Positions 36,309 through 46,922 of a stretch of DNA of 64,000 nucleotides are shown piece after piece. The position numbers and the translations under genes were made by a program. The DNA lies in IMG/VR virus record IMGVR_UViG_3300036670_000209, positions 39,040 through 103,039 of that record. One strand, given 5' to 3'. The stretch is from a virus. Numbering within the stretch: position 1 is the stretch's first letter; every line of letters starts with the position of its first letter. The notes beneath the pieces were generated by a model, which searched no databases, had not been told where the DNA came from, and worked only from the letters and a program-made list of their open reading frames with translations.

Positions 36309-37043
36309 TTACTGTCGTGTGATATCATCCTCGTCACATCTGGCGCCAAACTGAATTTCCACAATCTTCAGTGGATGGTCAGTGTTATTGCATAACTGGT
36401 GCCAATCACCCACTGGTATATCCAGTGCCTGATGCTTAACCAGTGTCCTGGCCCCACCAGTGCCCAGCACAGTGGCCACTCCCTCAGTTACAAACCAGTA
36501 TTCTGATCTGAAATCGTGGCGTTGCATACTCAACAACTTGCCAGGGTCCACCACCAGTTCTTTGACCTTGCAGTTGGGCACATCATGTAGAACTCGATAG
36601 TAACCCCAGGTACGTTTGGTCTGTGGACTTTTCCACTCTTCCAAAATCCAGCTGCTGCTGTTGGCTTTGTCGCTCCCACCAACCCCAAATACAAATTCCA
36701 CATCTGGTACCTGCATCTCAGGAATATTTTCCTGAGTACGGTCGCCACCATTGGCAAATATAACCTGTGCATCAGGATAGCACTGTTTTACTTTGTTCAA
36801 TAAATCACAGGCTGTGCCGTCAGAGTCATCAAATGCCAGGACACGATCAACTGCTTTGATATTAGATATTATGGACCAGCGCTCGTACCAGGGCATAAAT
36901 GCGCGACCTTTTTTTCGAATCAGCCAGCTGTCACTGTTTAGTCCCACTATCAACATATCACCCAGCGCCCTGGCGGCGTTGCACATGAAAATGTGACCTG
37001 AATGACACGGATCCATGCCACCTGAAACAACAACTACTTTCAT
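36309..37043 (-). CDS. Cytidylyltransferase-like (RfaE/TagD) domain fused to type II mannose-6-P isomerase cupin
   Basis: SGG.DP.HSGH, GLNSD..L.RKKG, NGGDR; WG.Y, LS.QRH..RSE.W, EIQ.G..C.EDDI.R. Confidence 0.85.
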   Translation of the reverse strand: MKVVVVSGGMDPCHSGHIFMCNAARALGDMLIVGLNSDSWLIRKKGRAFMPWYERWSIISNIKAVDRVLAFDDSDGTACDLLNKVKQCYPDAQVIFANGGDRTQENIPEMQVPDVEFVFGVGGSDKANSSSWILEEWKSPQTKRTWGYYRVLHDVPNCKVKELVVDPGKLLSMQRHDFRSEYWFVTEGVATVLGTGGARTLVKHQALDIPVGDWHQLCNNTDHPLKIVEIQFGARCDEDDITRQ

Positions 37044-37046
37044 AAA

Positions 37047-37463
37047 TTATCGCTCCTTCTTGACCACTGATACTGCTGTGCTGATAGTTTCATCCAGGTC
37101 CGGCGCCTCATCCTGCACCCCAATGATACTGGCTGGGTCCACACGGCGTAGTGTCATTTCTTCGCCAGTATCAGTGAACTCCACTTTGAGACCACGAGTC
37201 CAGCGCCCGTGTTCCACATATACCCACTGGCCGGGCTTAACATCAGTTTGTTGGGGGCCTACCCGTAGCACACGGGCCCAGCGAGGCCGGATACCCTCAC
37301 TTTTACCGTCATCGCCCAGCAGCACAATGCCACTGGCCAGCTGACGTGCAGCAAATGTCATGTCACTGACAATCACATGGTCCAGTATAGCACTGATATC
37401 TCGTACCTGGCTAGTGGACTGAAGCTTGCCTGTTCGCTCAAATAGTTTTTCTGGTTGTGGCAT
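37047..37463 (-). CDS. GroES-like co-chaperonin
   Basis: D.VIV, SGIVL, VL.VGP, VKPGQ.V. Confidence 0.72.
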   Translation of the reverse strand: MPQPEKLFERTGKLQSTSQVRDISAILDHVIVSDMTFAARQLASGIVLLGDDGKSEGIRPRWARVLRVGPQQTDVKPGQWVYVEHGRWTRGLKVEFTDTGEEMTLRRVDPASIIGVQDEAPDLDETISTAVSVVKKER

Positions 37464-37465
37464 GA

Positions 37466-37870
37466 TTAAAACCTTTGTGGACCGCGGTCTTTGACTTGTT
37501 GTTTGGCTGTACGCATGAGTTTCTGCTCTACCTTTGCCTCCGGCGCAGCAGCACCGCTCATGCTACCACGAGGATCAGCATTCACTGGAGTAGTAACTAT
37601 ACGTCTACTATACTCCATGTCTGCTGCCGGAGCATCATCTCTGGGTGTCAGTGCTGGCTGTGTTTCCGCTCCCACGGTGGGAGTATGCAGGTTATAGTAT
37701 TCATTTACCATTTCCTGTCTGGTGGCTTCCACCACGCCGCCAGGGCCCAGTGAGTCACCGCGAGCATTGATTTTCATGTTACCCACTGCAATTACATCCT
37801 CATTTTCCAGCCGGATGCTTTCAATGGAAACTTCCTTGCCCTGTGCTGTTGTATACATTCGTTTTGACAT
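37466..37870 (-). CDS. Hypothetical protein
   Basis: GGAGA RBS; TAAATA at 37894-37899. Confidence 0.65.
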   Translation of the reverse strand: MSKRMYTTAQGKEVSIESIRLENEDVIAVGNMKINARGDSLGPGGVVEATRQEMVNEYYNLHTPTVGAETQPALTPRDDAPAADMEYSRRIVTTPVNADPRGSMSGAAAPEAKVEQKLMRTAKQQVKDRGPQRF

Positions 37871-37944
37871 CTATCTCTCCTTGATTTATATAATATTTAC
37901 CCTGTGATTCACACCGCAGAGGGATTTCCCTGCCAGCGTTTTAA

Positions 37945-38463
37945 TTACCTTAGGAACTCGGCTATGTCCAGATCATAGTACATGCTATCTATACGATGAA
38001 CCCCTAATAGGTATAACACATATGAACTCACGCTACTACCACGACCCACTCCCCAGACAATATCCTGTTTGATAAAGGTATCCACCATGTATTTCATGTA
38101 ACGCAGCAGGTTGAACAGATCACGTTCCTGAAATAATAGCAGTTCCTCCCCCACTCTCTGTAATTGTGCATCTGTGGTACATAACTGTAATATATGCCTG
38201 GCAATATCCAGTTCCAGATATTCATCAGGCATATGCCAGCGGCTTTGCATCACTGAATCAAAGGATGCTATGTCGTACCCTGCTGGCAGTGGACGATACT
38301 GTTTGACCTGGGGGAATGGTGCATAGTTACTGGTCACGTGATGGTTGTATGCATCCGCGTCAGTAACTGCAAACAGGGAAATATCCAGACTGGGATTTTG
38401 GTACAGCATGTCCACTAGGTCGTGTGTGGTAGTATGTGGCTGACCGTAATCATCGTAATTCAT
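37945..38463 (-). CDS. Short DnaE (DNA pol III alpha)-like fragment
   Basis: R..EEL, GVGRGSSVSSYVLYLLGVHRID...DL...EFL of the DnaE palm. Confidence 0.78.
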   Translation of the reverse strand: MNYDDYGQPHTTTHDLVDMLYQNPSLDISLFAVTDADAYNHHVTSNYAPFPQVKQYRPLPAGYDIASFDSVMQSRWHMPDEYLELDIARHILQLCTTDAQLQRVGEELLLFQERDLFNLLRYMKYMVDTFIKQDIVWGVGRGSSVSSYVLYLLGVHRIDSMYYDLDIAEFLR

Positions 38464-38499
38464 TGTGGCTCCGTTGGAATATCAGTATACACTGAATAA

Positions 38500-38745
38500 T
38501 TATGAAATGTCAATGATTCCCTGATAGCCTTTACCGCTGTCCATTTTTTCTTCCATTTCAGCCATGAGTTTATCGTTACGCCGGCCCAGTTCAGCATGAT
38601 ATACCTGCATCATCAGCTGTATCTGAGGTATAATACTCTGTGGCCCCATGCGCTGTGACTGATTCAATCTCTTACTCAGTTGCGTATATTTTGCAGTTAG
38701 CTCGTCAGTGGAGAGCGCGCTCACATCAGGTGCTAGTGGGTGCAT
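38500..38745 (-). CDS. Hypothetical protein
   Basis: Start moved to MHPLAPD after AAGGA. Confidence 0.6.
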   Translation of the reverse strand: MHPLAPDVSALSTDELTAKYTQLSKRLNQSQRMGPQSIIPQIQLMMQVYHAELGRRNDKLMAEMEEKMDSGKGYQGIIDIS

Positions 38746-38776
38746 GTTAGTTCCTTGTTGAAGTTCATACAGTGAC

Positions 38777-39184
38777 CTAGAGATCGCCCTGCTGACGATT
38801 TTCTGAATAATGTGCGTCAAAAGAACCACCAGGATATCGCGCCTGTAGTTTGGCCACATTTTCAGCAATAACCTCGTTTGGGTCCAGGCCCAGGCTGCGA
38901 CAAGCATTGGTCCAATACCAGATTACATCGCCTAGTTCCCGCTTCATATGAAAAATATTCTCATCGTTGAGCGGCTTGCCCTGAAACATTATTTTTTTAA
39001 TAATTTCATTGAACTCGCCACCCTCACTGCTGAGACCTATACCTGAATTTAGTAACATGGGTATGTTCACCTGCGGATTCTGAGCTTGCATATCAGTGGC
39101 ATGCTGCATGAACTTGGAAAAAACCTTGGTCTGCTCACTGGTTACACTCTCCACAAACTCAGAATATTTGTTTAAATCAATCAT
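38777..39184 (-). CDS. mazG: MazG-like nucleotide pyrophosphohydrolase
   Basis: GL.SE.GE..EI.KK, ELGDVIWY, N..KL..RYP. Confidence 0.88.
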   Translation of the reverse strand: MIDLNKYSEFVESVTSEQTKVFSKFMQHATDMQAQNPQVNIPMLLNSGIGLSSEGGEFNEIIKKIMFQGKPLNDENIFHMKRELGDVIWYWTNACRSLGLDPNEVIAENVAKLQARYPGGSFDAHYSENRQQGDL

Positions 39185-39242
39185 TTTAACTCCTGTAATC
39201 GTTCAGTATAACATACATCAGATACAGGATCAAAGTAATTGA

Positions 39243-40562
39243 TTAAACTACCACATTTCCAGTGGTGACATCAATCCATCTGGTATCCACTCCCGCTGCA
39301 TCAGAAAAACACAGACTACCAGTACCGCCGCCCAGGCGTACTGCATTACTCACATAGATTACGTCACCAGCAGTAATACTCACTGGCAATGCTGCCTTGA
39401 GGTAAGGGCCCACACTGGTAATACCTGTGACCCGGACTCCGGTCAAATTGCCCACACTGGTGATTACTGGTTGGGCCGCGCTGGTTACTGTTGCAGCAGT
39501 GGATGCACGTCCAGTGATGTTTCCCGAAATATTACCAGTAACAGTGAGTGTACTCAGTGTGCCCACACTGGTGATTACTGGTTGGGCTGCACTGGTTACG
39601 GTTGCAGAACTACCAGCAATATTCCCAGCGATAGTAGCAGTAACCGTGAGTGCACTCAGTGTGCCCACACTAGTGATGGTGGGCTGTGCTGCGGTGGTTA
39701 CTCTACCAGCAGTAGTGGCAGTGGTGGCCGTGTTTGCGCTACCAGTGACTGATCCCTGAATGGGAGCTGTCACAGTGAGTGCACTCAGTGTGCCCACACT
39801 AGTGATGGTGGGTTGTGCAGATTTGGTCACAGTGTTGGCAGTGGCCACATTATTAATTAGTGCATTTATCCACTGACCATCGGCAGTGCTGTATACCAGG
39901 CTATCACCGTCAGTGGGCCCCACTATGGTTACATCGCTGGCACCATCCAGAGTAAAGCCTTCACTGATCTTGTGGTTACGTGATAGATCCTCTACCCAGA
40001 TAGTTGATCCAGCATTCACAGTGGAAATTTCAAACAAATAATCGCCAGTGCTGGCAAAAGTAGTAACGTAGTTGGTGCCATTGTAGACAGTACCTTCAAA
40101 GGCACTCAGATTACCCACTGAGTTAGCCACTGTGGGCCAGGTAACCGAGTAACTGACATCAGTGATTTTAATCCATAATCTTAGTACACCAGCCACCCCA
40201 GCAGCGGGCCATCCACCAAACACCACATTAATCGGTGCAGCCAGTGTCATACGCTGATAGTTTCCAGAACTGAACAACACCGTGGGTGCCACCCCTGGAG
40301 TAAGAATGTCCACAAATGAAATCTGATATGCTTTAAGCTGTGGGCGCTCCAGTACCACTCCATTCATATCATTTGATACTGAGGAGTTGGCCAAACTGGA
40401 TTTCAATACTACTTTTAATTGTAGGTCCTCAACTTCGCTTTTGATAAAAGCGAAGTTATTACGGGTATTGGTAAAGTTATCACGGAAACCCTGGCTGTTG
40501 TTGTCCTGCCCAGCCACTGGAAATGTACCGTCGATTGAATAGGGATTGACTTGAGATGTCAT
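39243..40562 (-). CDS. Virion structural / tail-associated protein with AQP.ITSVG.L repeats
   Basis: FPVAGQDNNSQGFRDNF start; four repeats; TAAATA at 40591-40596. Confidence 0.7.
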   Translation of the reverse strand: MTSQVNPYSIDGTFPVAGQDNNSQGFRDNFTNTRNNFAFIKSEVEDLQLKVVLKSSLANSSVSNDMNGVVLERPQLKAYQISFVDILTPGVAPTVLFSSGNYQRMTLAAPINVVFGGWPAAGVAGVLRLWIKITDVSYSVTWPTVANSVGNLSAFEGTVYNGTNYVTTFASTGDYLFEISTVNAGSTIWVEDLSRNHKISEGFTLDGASDVTIVGPTDGDSLVYSTADGQWINALINNVATANTVTKSAQPTITSVGTLSALTVTAPIQGSVTGSANTATTATTAGRVTTAAQPTITSVGTLSALTVTATIAGNIAGSSATVTSAAQPVITSVGTLSTLTVTGNISGNITGRASTAATVTSAAQPVITSVGNLTGVRVTGITSVGPYLKAALPVSITAGDVIYVSNAVRLGGGTGSLCFSDAAGVDTRWIDVTTGNVVV

Positions 40563-40623
40563 GAATTGTCCTTTGTTATGTGTATAGTGTTATTTAGCGT
40601 GATCCTGTGCTAGTGAAAAACTG

Positions 40624-43600
40624 TCAGACATACACATTGGTCTTACCCCATTTAATATATCGATCACCAGCCTCAGGAACAGCATATATATCCTTGTTGC
40701 TAAAATATCTTGTTCCATTATTGTCAAATGTGGTATGTAGTTTGCTGGTATTCTGTACCACTACCTGAGGAGTATATTTGTAGGTATTAGCGCCCTCGTA
40801 TAGTACTGGATCATATAATAGAAAGGATCCTGGAAAACTGGTTCCGCCAATAACTCGCACTGTTTGTCCCAGCATCACTTCTTGCACAAACACCAGTTTT
40901 ATAATACCGGATAGATCCACTGTGATTCGCCAGATGCCGGCACGCTGATTTATTTCACCAGGATTATTTTCCTTTTCCGTGTACCCGGGTACCTGCGTGT
41001 AGTAGGGTGCAGCGATGGTCAGTGGATTATTATCATTGGGGCCAGTGATAGCCAACAGCCCACTGATCTCCACCCATTCCACCTGGTTCCATCCATCATT
41101 ACTGGTACCGGCCCGCGATTCCTGTATGGTGAATAATATAGTATCACCCACTGAGTAGGAACTAATGCGATCAATATCCAGCACTCTGCTCATGTATTGC
41201 CCATCAATTGAATCAAACTGTGTACTGGTGGCATAAGTCACAGCAGCGGCACCATCTATTACAATAGAATCACCAGCTCTGAGGCTAACTGCTTGATTTA
41301 ATATCAGTAGATTACCCACTACTGCCCCAGTGATGGTAACTGAGTCTGATACCTGGCTACGGTTGCTTACTTTGAATTTTCTAACTCTCCAACCATAACC
41401 CACATTACGACTCAGCGTCACTGGCACTGGACTTGCAGGATCATATTTTACAGACTGTGGATCCAGAGTCACCAGGTTGGTGTCGGTATCTTCCAGTACC
41501 GTGGCATATACCAAATCTGAGATCACACGAGCAGCGCCGTCAAATATGGTCTCTCTACCCTGATCAAAGGTATTAGTGGACAGATTAAAATTGTCGCTCA
41601 TTGAATTATCCAGCTGATATCGATCAGCCACGAAATCTATGTTGTTAAAGTTAATGTTATTGTTGGCGATGCGATAGGCTATCAGCTTGCTGGCGCCAGG
41701 TACGGTGTATGCTAGCACCACTCCACGGGTTAGCCCCAGCACACGACCATTCTCCTGCTGGCTGGTCATCCATCTGGGTAACGCACCCTTGTTGGTGAAA
41801 CCCACACCACTGGCCAATCTGTATTCCATGTTACCGAAACTATTGGGGTAAAGAGTATAATATGATTCGCCGTTGTAAGTGTAAAAATTTGAAATAACTG
41901 GGTCCAAACTTAGTGCTACGCCAGACTGTGGATCTTCCACCTGAATATACACCACCTCATATATGGTATTGGAGTTGTTGTCCAGTGCCCTGGCAGTGCG
42001 AACATTACCAAAGTTGATTCTCTTGTTGTAATGGTTGTTATTTACTGCACTGGCCAGTGTTTCCAGGCTGGCACTGGTAAGCCCAGGTAGGAATAGCATG
42101 CGCATGTCCTTGCTGCGTCCAAACCAGGGATCGGTGGCACGATATATTAACTCCGGCGGGAATATCTCCTGGTTGTTTACTATACTGAGGAATAACTGTC
42201 GTTGCTCCACCAGTGGCAAGGCTTTAAGATACACATTCTCATAGGGTGCCCTGTTATAGTTGTCCACAAAAATCGTGAATTCCTTCACTGCGCTTACACT
42301 CTGATCAGTTGCCTGTACACTGGCGGTAAAAGTATATGTGCTATCAAACGTGGTTGTATCGTTGTCTATACTGGTTGATGAACTCAATGATGTCACCGTG
42401 GTGACAATATTATTTGTGGTTAACAGGTCAATAAACGTGATCTGATTTCCCTCACTCACATATATTGCTGGAGTTACCTGTATCTGATTCTGCGAAACCA
42501 CACTCAGCACCTTGCTGCCACTGGCTACTCCGGACCCCTCCACTGTCATTCCTACTTCCACACCAGTGGTGCTATCCACTGTGATATTACTACTGTTACC
42601 ATCCAGCCTAAAAAACTGGAAACTGGCTCTGCCGGATATGTTACCATCTGGCATGAGGCGGAGTCCCTGGGGTAATTTGGATGATGGTAAATTCAATTTG
42701 GTGTATACCAGCTGTTTGTTCGCATTACTAACCGCCACCACTGCCAGATCACTGACTGTTCCATTTATAATGGTACCCAATTTTGCAGCAGATGACCAGG
42801 TCACGTAATTGTTTGCGTCCTTGAGAACTGTAACCTGTACGGACAGTATCCCACTGAGATATCTGGGATCATCTCTTTTGAATGCCTGAATACCAAAGGA
42901 ATAAATCTTGGATACCTCAGTTTGTGCTGGCATGACCCCAGTCAACCAACCAGTTACTGGATTCAGTGAGAGATTACCTGGCAGCGACACCCCGGACCAA
43001 CTGATGGCATCGTTGGATGGATCAATGGCCAGAAACTTGAAACTAAAATTATTACCAGCTTGTAACACTGGTATGGTGGTTAAATCAGTGATAATAACCG
43101 GTACATATTTGTTGTCTGAATCAGTGGTCAGCAGACTGTTGTCTGCACTGTATTGCAAGCTGTCAGCAGTGTAGGAAGATCTGCTGATCACATTGATATA
43201 ACAGGTCACGATATCATATGCAACACCGTCGGATACCTGAATTTGAAATGCATATACCTTGTTGGTGCTGGTCGGAGCAAAATCATATGGAAATCGCTCA
43301 TCTGGCTCCACATCATATCCCGGAGTACCACGACTGGCATCAATTAGTCGTGCAATATTTCCACTGAGCAGCCCGTCTTTACTCAGCGTAATGGGCACAC
43401 CTGTTCTGATATCCAAGGGTAATTCACCAGATACTATACTCCAGCGTAATTGTGTACCTGGTCTCTCAGGCAGTGTGGTAAACTGACGGGAAAAGTATTT
43501 TCCATCATCGAAAATACCCAGACTGGTCACGCGTGGGAAAATACTCAGTGTGGTCTGATTTGTAATGGCCATACTAAAAGTTCGATCAGCAATAACCCCC

Positions 43601-43851
43601 TGCGGAGTAGTGGCCCTGACTGTGAAAGTAGAAGTGGCAGTACCACTGGAGTTCGCGCCCAGTATTTGAGGAATTCCCTGAAATATTCCTGTACTGGTTA
43701 CACGCATCCCTGGTGGGACGCTTCCAGATATTACCCTAAATTCCAGTGGATTTTGGTCGCTATCCTGTGCCAGTAACAGTATATCAGCAAATTCCTGCTC
43801 CTTGATGGTACCCAGTTTTCCTGCTTTGGTTTTCCATGTAATGTAACTCAT
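40624..43851 (-). CDS. Large baseplate/tail structural protein with Ig-like repeats
   Basis: Repeated SG.LP.G..L...G.LSG beta-sandwich motifs; between tail genes. Confidence 0.7.
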   Translation of the reverse strand: MSYITWKTKAGKLGTIKEQEFADILLLAQDSDQNPLEFRVISGSVPPGMRVTSTGIFQGIPQILGANSSGTATSTFTVRATTPQGVIADRTFSMAITNQTTLSIFPRVTSLGIFDDGKYFSRQFTTLPERPGTQLRWSIVSGELPLDIRTGVPITLSKDGLLSGNIARLIDASRGTPGYDVEPDERFPYDFAPTSTNKVYAFQIQVSDGVAYDIVTCYINVISRSSYTADSLQYSADNSLLTTDSDNKYVPVIITDLTTIPVLQAGNNFSFKFLAIDPSNDAISWSGVSLPGNLSLNPVTGWLTGVMPAQTEVSKIYSFGIQAFKRDDPRYLSGILSVQVTVLKDANNYVTWSSAAKLGTIINGTVSDLAVVAVSNANKQLVYTKLNLPSSKLPQGLRLMPDGNISGRASFQFFRLDGNSSNITVDSTTGVEVGMTVEGSGVASGSKVLSVVSQNQIQVTPAIYVSEGNQITFIDLLTTNNIVTTVTSLSSSTSIDNDTTTFDSTYTFTASVQATDQSVSAVKEFTIFVDNYNRAPYENVYLKALPLVEQRQLFLSIVNNQEIFPPELIYRATDPWFGRSKDMRMLFLPGLTSASLETLASAVNNNHYNKRINFGNVRTARALDNNSNTIYEVVYIQVEDPQSGVALSLDPVISNFYTYNGESYYTLYPNSFGNMEYRLASGVGFTNKGALPRWMTSQQENGRVLGLTRGVVLAYTVPGASKLIAYRIANNNINFNNIDFVADRYQLDNSMSDNFNLSTNTFDQGRETIFDGAARVISDLVYATVLEDTDTNLVTLDPQSVKYDPASPVPVTLSRNVGYGWRVRKFKVSNRSQVSDSVTITGAVVGNLLILNQAVSLRAGDSIVIDGAAAVTYATSTQFDSIDGQYMSRVLDIDRISSYSVGDTILFTIQESRAGTSNDGWNQVEWVEISGLLAITGPNDNNPLTIAAPYYTQVPGYTEKENNPGEINQRAGIWRITVDLSGIIKLVFVQEVMLGQTVRVIGGTSFPGSFLLYDPVLYEGANTYKYTPQVVVQNTSKLHTTFDNNGTRYFSNKDIYAVPEAGDRYIKWGKTNVYV

Positions 43852-46800
43852 TATAGTATCACCACTTCAATAATATTTGTTCCAGGACCTGAACAGTGTG
43901 TCAACGCTTTGGCAAATACTGCTGCACCATGTGATCGATCCTGCCCCACACTCTCTGCATATCCTGCTAGGGCGCTGGTCACCAATAAATCACCCTGCTG
44001 CACTGATCCCAGCACCTGGCAGGGAACTCGTCCACGCAGTGCAATGGCCACTCCATCCTGCGCACTGTTCATCAAGTATGCTGGTAATGTGGAAACTACC
44101 CCAGCTACCCTGGTGTCGCTGGCCAGACTGGTTTGTGTGACCTCTGCCGTGCCACCAAATATTAACACTGTGCCCGGGGGATATACAGCGTCAGCCACAT
44201 AATTTTCAGCCAAGTCGGCATATTTGGCACTACTGGCCACACCGTTAAAATTTGCTGCTGTCACGTTACCAGTGACTGATAAACTGGTCAGAGTGCCCAC
44301 ACTGGTAATATTGGGTTGATTGGATCCAGACACAGTGCTGGCGGTACCTGCTGATGCAGCACTACCACCTATGCTCAGACCACTGGCTGTACCTGATAAT
44401 CCTGCACCAGACCCATTAAATGTACCAGCCGATACTCCACCAGTAACTGATAAACTGGTCAGTGTGCCCACACTGGTTATTGCTGGTTGGGCTGCACTTG
44501 TAACTGAACTTGCAGTAGTGGCAGAATTTACTGTGCCAGATACTGTGCTGGCAGCCACACTACCTCCAGTGATCTGCACATTAGCACTGCTAAAATTTGT
44601 GGCCTGCAAGGTGACCCAGTTGTTATTCACGTTTACGGTGACCATGCCAGTCCCAGCTGCTGGATTCACTGTGGTGTTAGTACCTGCTATGATCTGGCTC
44701 ACACCATAATTACCCAGGCTAGCTGATGTGATAACCCTGCTACCATTATCATACACTGCCCCGCCCAGTATGTTACCAGTGACCGTGAGGTTTGCCAGAG
44801 TACCCACTGAGGTAAGTGAGCTGGACAGAACGCCAGCTGCCAGTATAGTCCCAGTGAGGGCGCTGGCCGCTGCTCCTACATTTACTGCCCCACCCAGAGC
44901 CACTGGAGTACCGTTTATAGTCAATGAACTGTTAACCAGTGCAGTATTAGGAATTCCAGTGAGTGCGCTGCCACTGCCATTGAATCCACCAGCCGTGATG
45001 CTTCCGCCCACAGTGAGTGAGCTGAGTGTCCCCAAGCTGGTGATGTTGGGCTGAGCTGAATTTGTTACTGTGGCTGCACTGCCAGCGGTGCCTGCGGATG
45101 CGGCACTGCCACCTATGCTCAGGCCACTGGCCGTGCCAGTGAGACCAGTACCAGCCCCGTTGTGTGTACCGGTAAAGCTGGCTGCCGTGATTCCTTCGGT
45201 AACTGCCAGACTGCTCAGTGTGCCCACACTGGTGATAGTGGGTTGTGCTGCGCTGGTCACAGTTCCAGCAGTACCCGCGGATGCAGCACTGCCACCTATG
45301 CTCAGGCCACTGGCCGTGCCAGTGAGACCAGTACCAGCCCCGTTGTGTATACCAGTAAATCTGGCTGCTGAAATATTACCTGTGACATTCAGTGCACTCA
45401 GTGTACCCACACTGGTTATGGCAGGCTGTGCGGCTGTGGTCACTATTCCTGCGCTACTGGCATTATTCACTGTTCCTGTTATGATTACTCCAGGTATACT
45501 ACCTCCAGTGATCTGCACATTAGCACTGCTGAAGTTAGTGGCCTGCAGAGTATCCCAGTTGTTGTTTACATTGATAGTCACACTGCCAGTACCGTCGGTG
45601 GGATTAATATTGCTGTTGGTACCTGCTATTATCTGGCTCACCCCATAATTGCCCAGGCTGGCTGCGGTAATAACTCTGCTACCACTGTCATACACTGTGC
45701 TGGCAGATACATTTCCCGCCACCACCAGGCCACTGAGTGTGCCCACGCTGGTGATTGCAGGTTGTGCCGCTGAGGTCACTACCGATGCACTTCCACCCAC
45801 ACTCAGTCCAGTGGCCAGTCCAGTGAGCCCAGTGCCTGCACCTGTAAATCTGTTGCCAGTGACCGCGCCGCCCACGTTTAACGCACCGGATACTCCCACA
45901 CCCCCAGCTACTACCAGTGCACCAGTGGAAACACTGCTGCTGATGGTTTGATTATTTGCGTATAGATTTCCACGTGTTTCCACCAAGTTGGAGAATTGTG
46001 TGTAATCTGGCACCACGCCACCGCGAAAGTTTTGTGAGGCAGTGATTACTGGATCGCCATTGATGTAAACTCTGTCTGCACCATTCAGAAACAAACTACC
46101 CTGCACGCTATCAGTGACAGTAAGTGTACCTACCCTGGCGGCACTGCCTTGTAAGTTTCCCAACAAATACCCAGTGGTGCTGATATTGCCCTGTGACACA
46201 ATACTCTGGGCATTTGTGGTGAATAAACTACCAATTTTTAGATTTCCATAGGTACCAGAAAATGTATTTGCAGCAGATTCCACCCCAGCGGCATAGAATT
46301 CAAATGCCTGAGAGTCATTGGCCCATACCAGTGCAGCAGTTCGGCTGGCTCCCTGATAATAATGAAATACTACCCCAATATCCTTGCCATCATCCACTGA
46401 TAGTGGCGTTTGGTTAGCAGTATTATGTAATCTAATTACTGAATCAGTTATGGACAGGTCGGCACTGTTGATACTCACTGAGTTTCCCAGCACAGTGAGA
46501 TTACCAACCACCACTAGGTTTTTACCAATCAATGCAGACTGGCTTACAGTGAGACCAGCACTGGAGATATTGCCCTGTGTGCTGAATGCAGGAGTGATAA
46601 TGCTACCCACAGTTAGATCACTGTTGATGCTGGCCGTCTCAAATCTGGCGGCACCGGAAAAGTTAGATACCCCAGCCACAGTGAGAACCTGAGTACTGGT
46701 TACTCCCAGGCTGATAAGATTTACATTGGCCTGTATTGTGTTGGCCGTAACTGCGCTATATACTCCAGCGTTGACTATACTAACCACATTGCTGAAATTT

Positions 46801-46892
46801 TCATTGACCAGCTGGAATGCGCTGCGTATGCCATCTCCAGTACCATCATTTGCACTGGAGCCTACGTTAATCTCTGTTGTTTTTAAACTCAT
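43851..46892 (-). CDS. Tail fibre-like protein with C-terminal intramolecular chaperone-like domain
   Basis: INVGSSANDGTGD..R.AF...N.NF start; G/S/T-rich repeats; YADLAENY...AL.GRVPC.V end. Confidence 0.78.
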   Translation of the reverse strand: MSLKTTEINVGSSANDGTGDGIRSAFQLVNENFSNVVSIVNAGVYSAVTANTIQANVNLISLGVTSTQVLTVAGVSNFSGAARFETASINSDLTVGSIITPAFSTQGNISSAGLTVSQSALIGKNLVVVGNLTVLGNSVSINSADLSITDSVIRLHNTANQTPLSVDDGKDIGVVFHYYQGASRTAALVWANDSQAFEFYAAGVESAANTFSGTYGNLKIGSLFTTNAQSIVSQGNISTTGYLLGNLQGSAARVGTLTVTDSVQGSLFLNGADRVYINGDPVITASQNFRGGVVPDYTQFSNLVETRGNLYANNQTISSSVSTGALVVAGGVGVSGALNVGGAVTGNRFTGAGTGLTGLATGLSVGGSASVVTSAAQPAITSVGTLSGLVVAGNVSASTVYDSGSRVITAASLGNYGVSQIIAGTNSNINPTDGTGSVTINVNNNWDTLQATNFSSANVQITGGSIPGVIITGTVNNASSAGIVTTAAQPAITSVGTLSALNVTGNISAARFTGIHNGAGTGLTGTASGLSIGGSAASAGTAGTVTSAAQPTITSVGTLSSLAVTEGITAASFTGTHNGAGTGLTGTASGLSIGGSAASAGTAGSAATVTNSAQPNITSLGTLSSLTVGGSITAGGFNGSGSALTGIPNTALVNSSLTINGTPVALGGAVNVGAAASALTGTILAAGVLSSSLTSVGTLANLTVTGNILGGAVYDNGSRVITSASLGNYGVSQIIAGTNTTVNPAAGTGMVTVNVNNNWVTLQATNFSSANVQITGGSVAASTVSGTVNSATTASSVTSAAQPAITSVGTLTSLSVTGGVSAGTFNGSGAGLSGTASGLSIGGSAASAGTASTVSGSNQPNITSVGTLTSLSVTGNVTAANFNGVASSAKYADLAENYVADAVYPPGTVLIFGGTAEVTQTSLASDTRVAGVVSTLPAYLMNSAQDGVAIALRGRVPCQVLGSVQQGDLLVTSALAGYAESVGQDRSHGAAVFAKALTHCSGPGTNIIEVVIL

Positions 46893-46916
46893 TTTGGGTA
46901 TCCATACTATTAGTAG

Positions 46917-46922
46917 TATTTA
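46917..46922 (-). promoter_or_regulatory. TAAATA late-promoter-like box (also at 33444, 34241, 37894, 40591, 47854, 48117)
   Basis: Recurs just upstream of starts, including structural genes; resembles T4 late TATAAATA. Confidence 0.55.
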
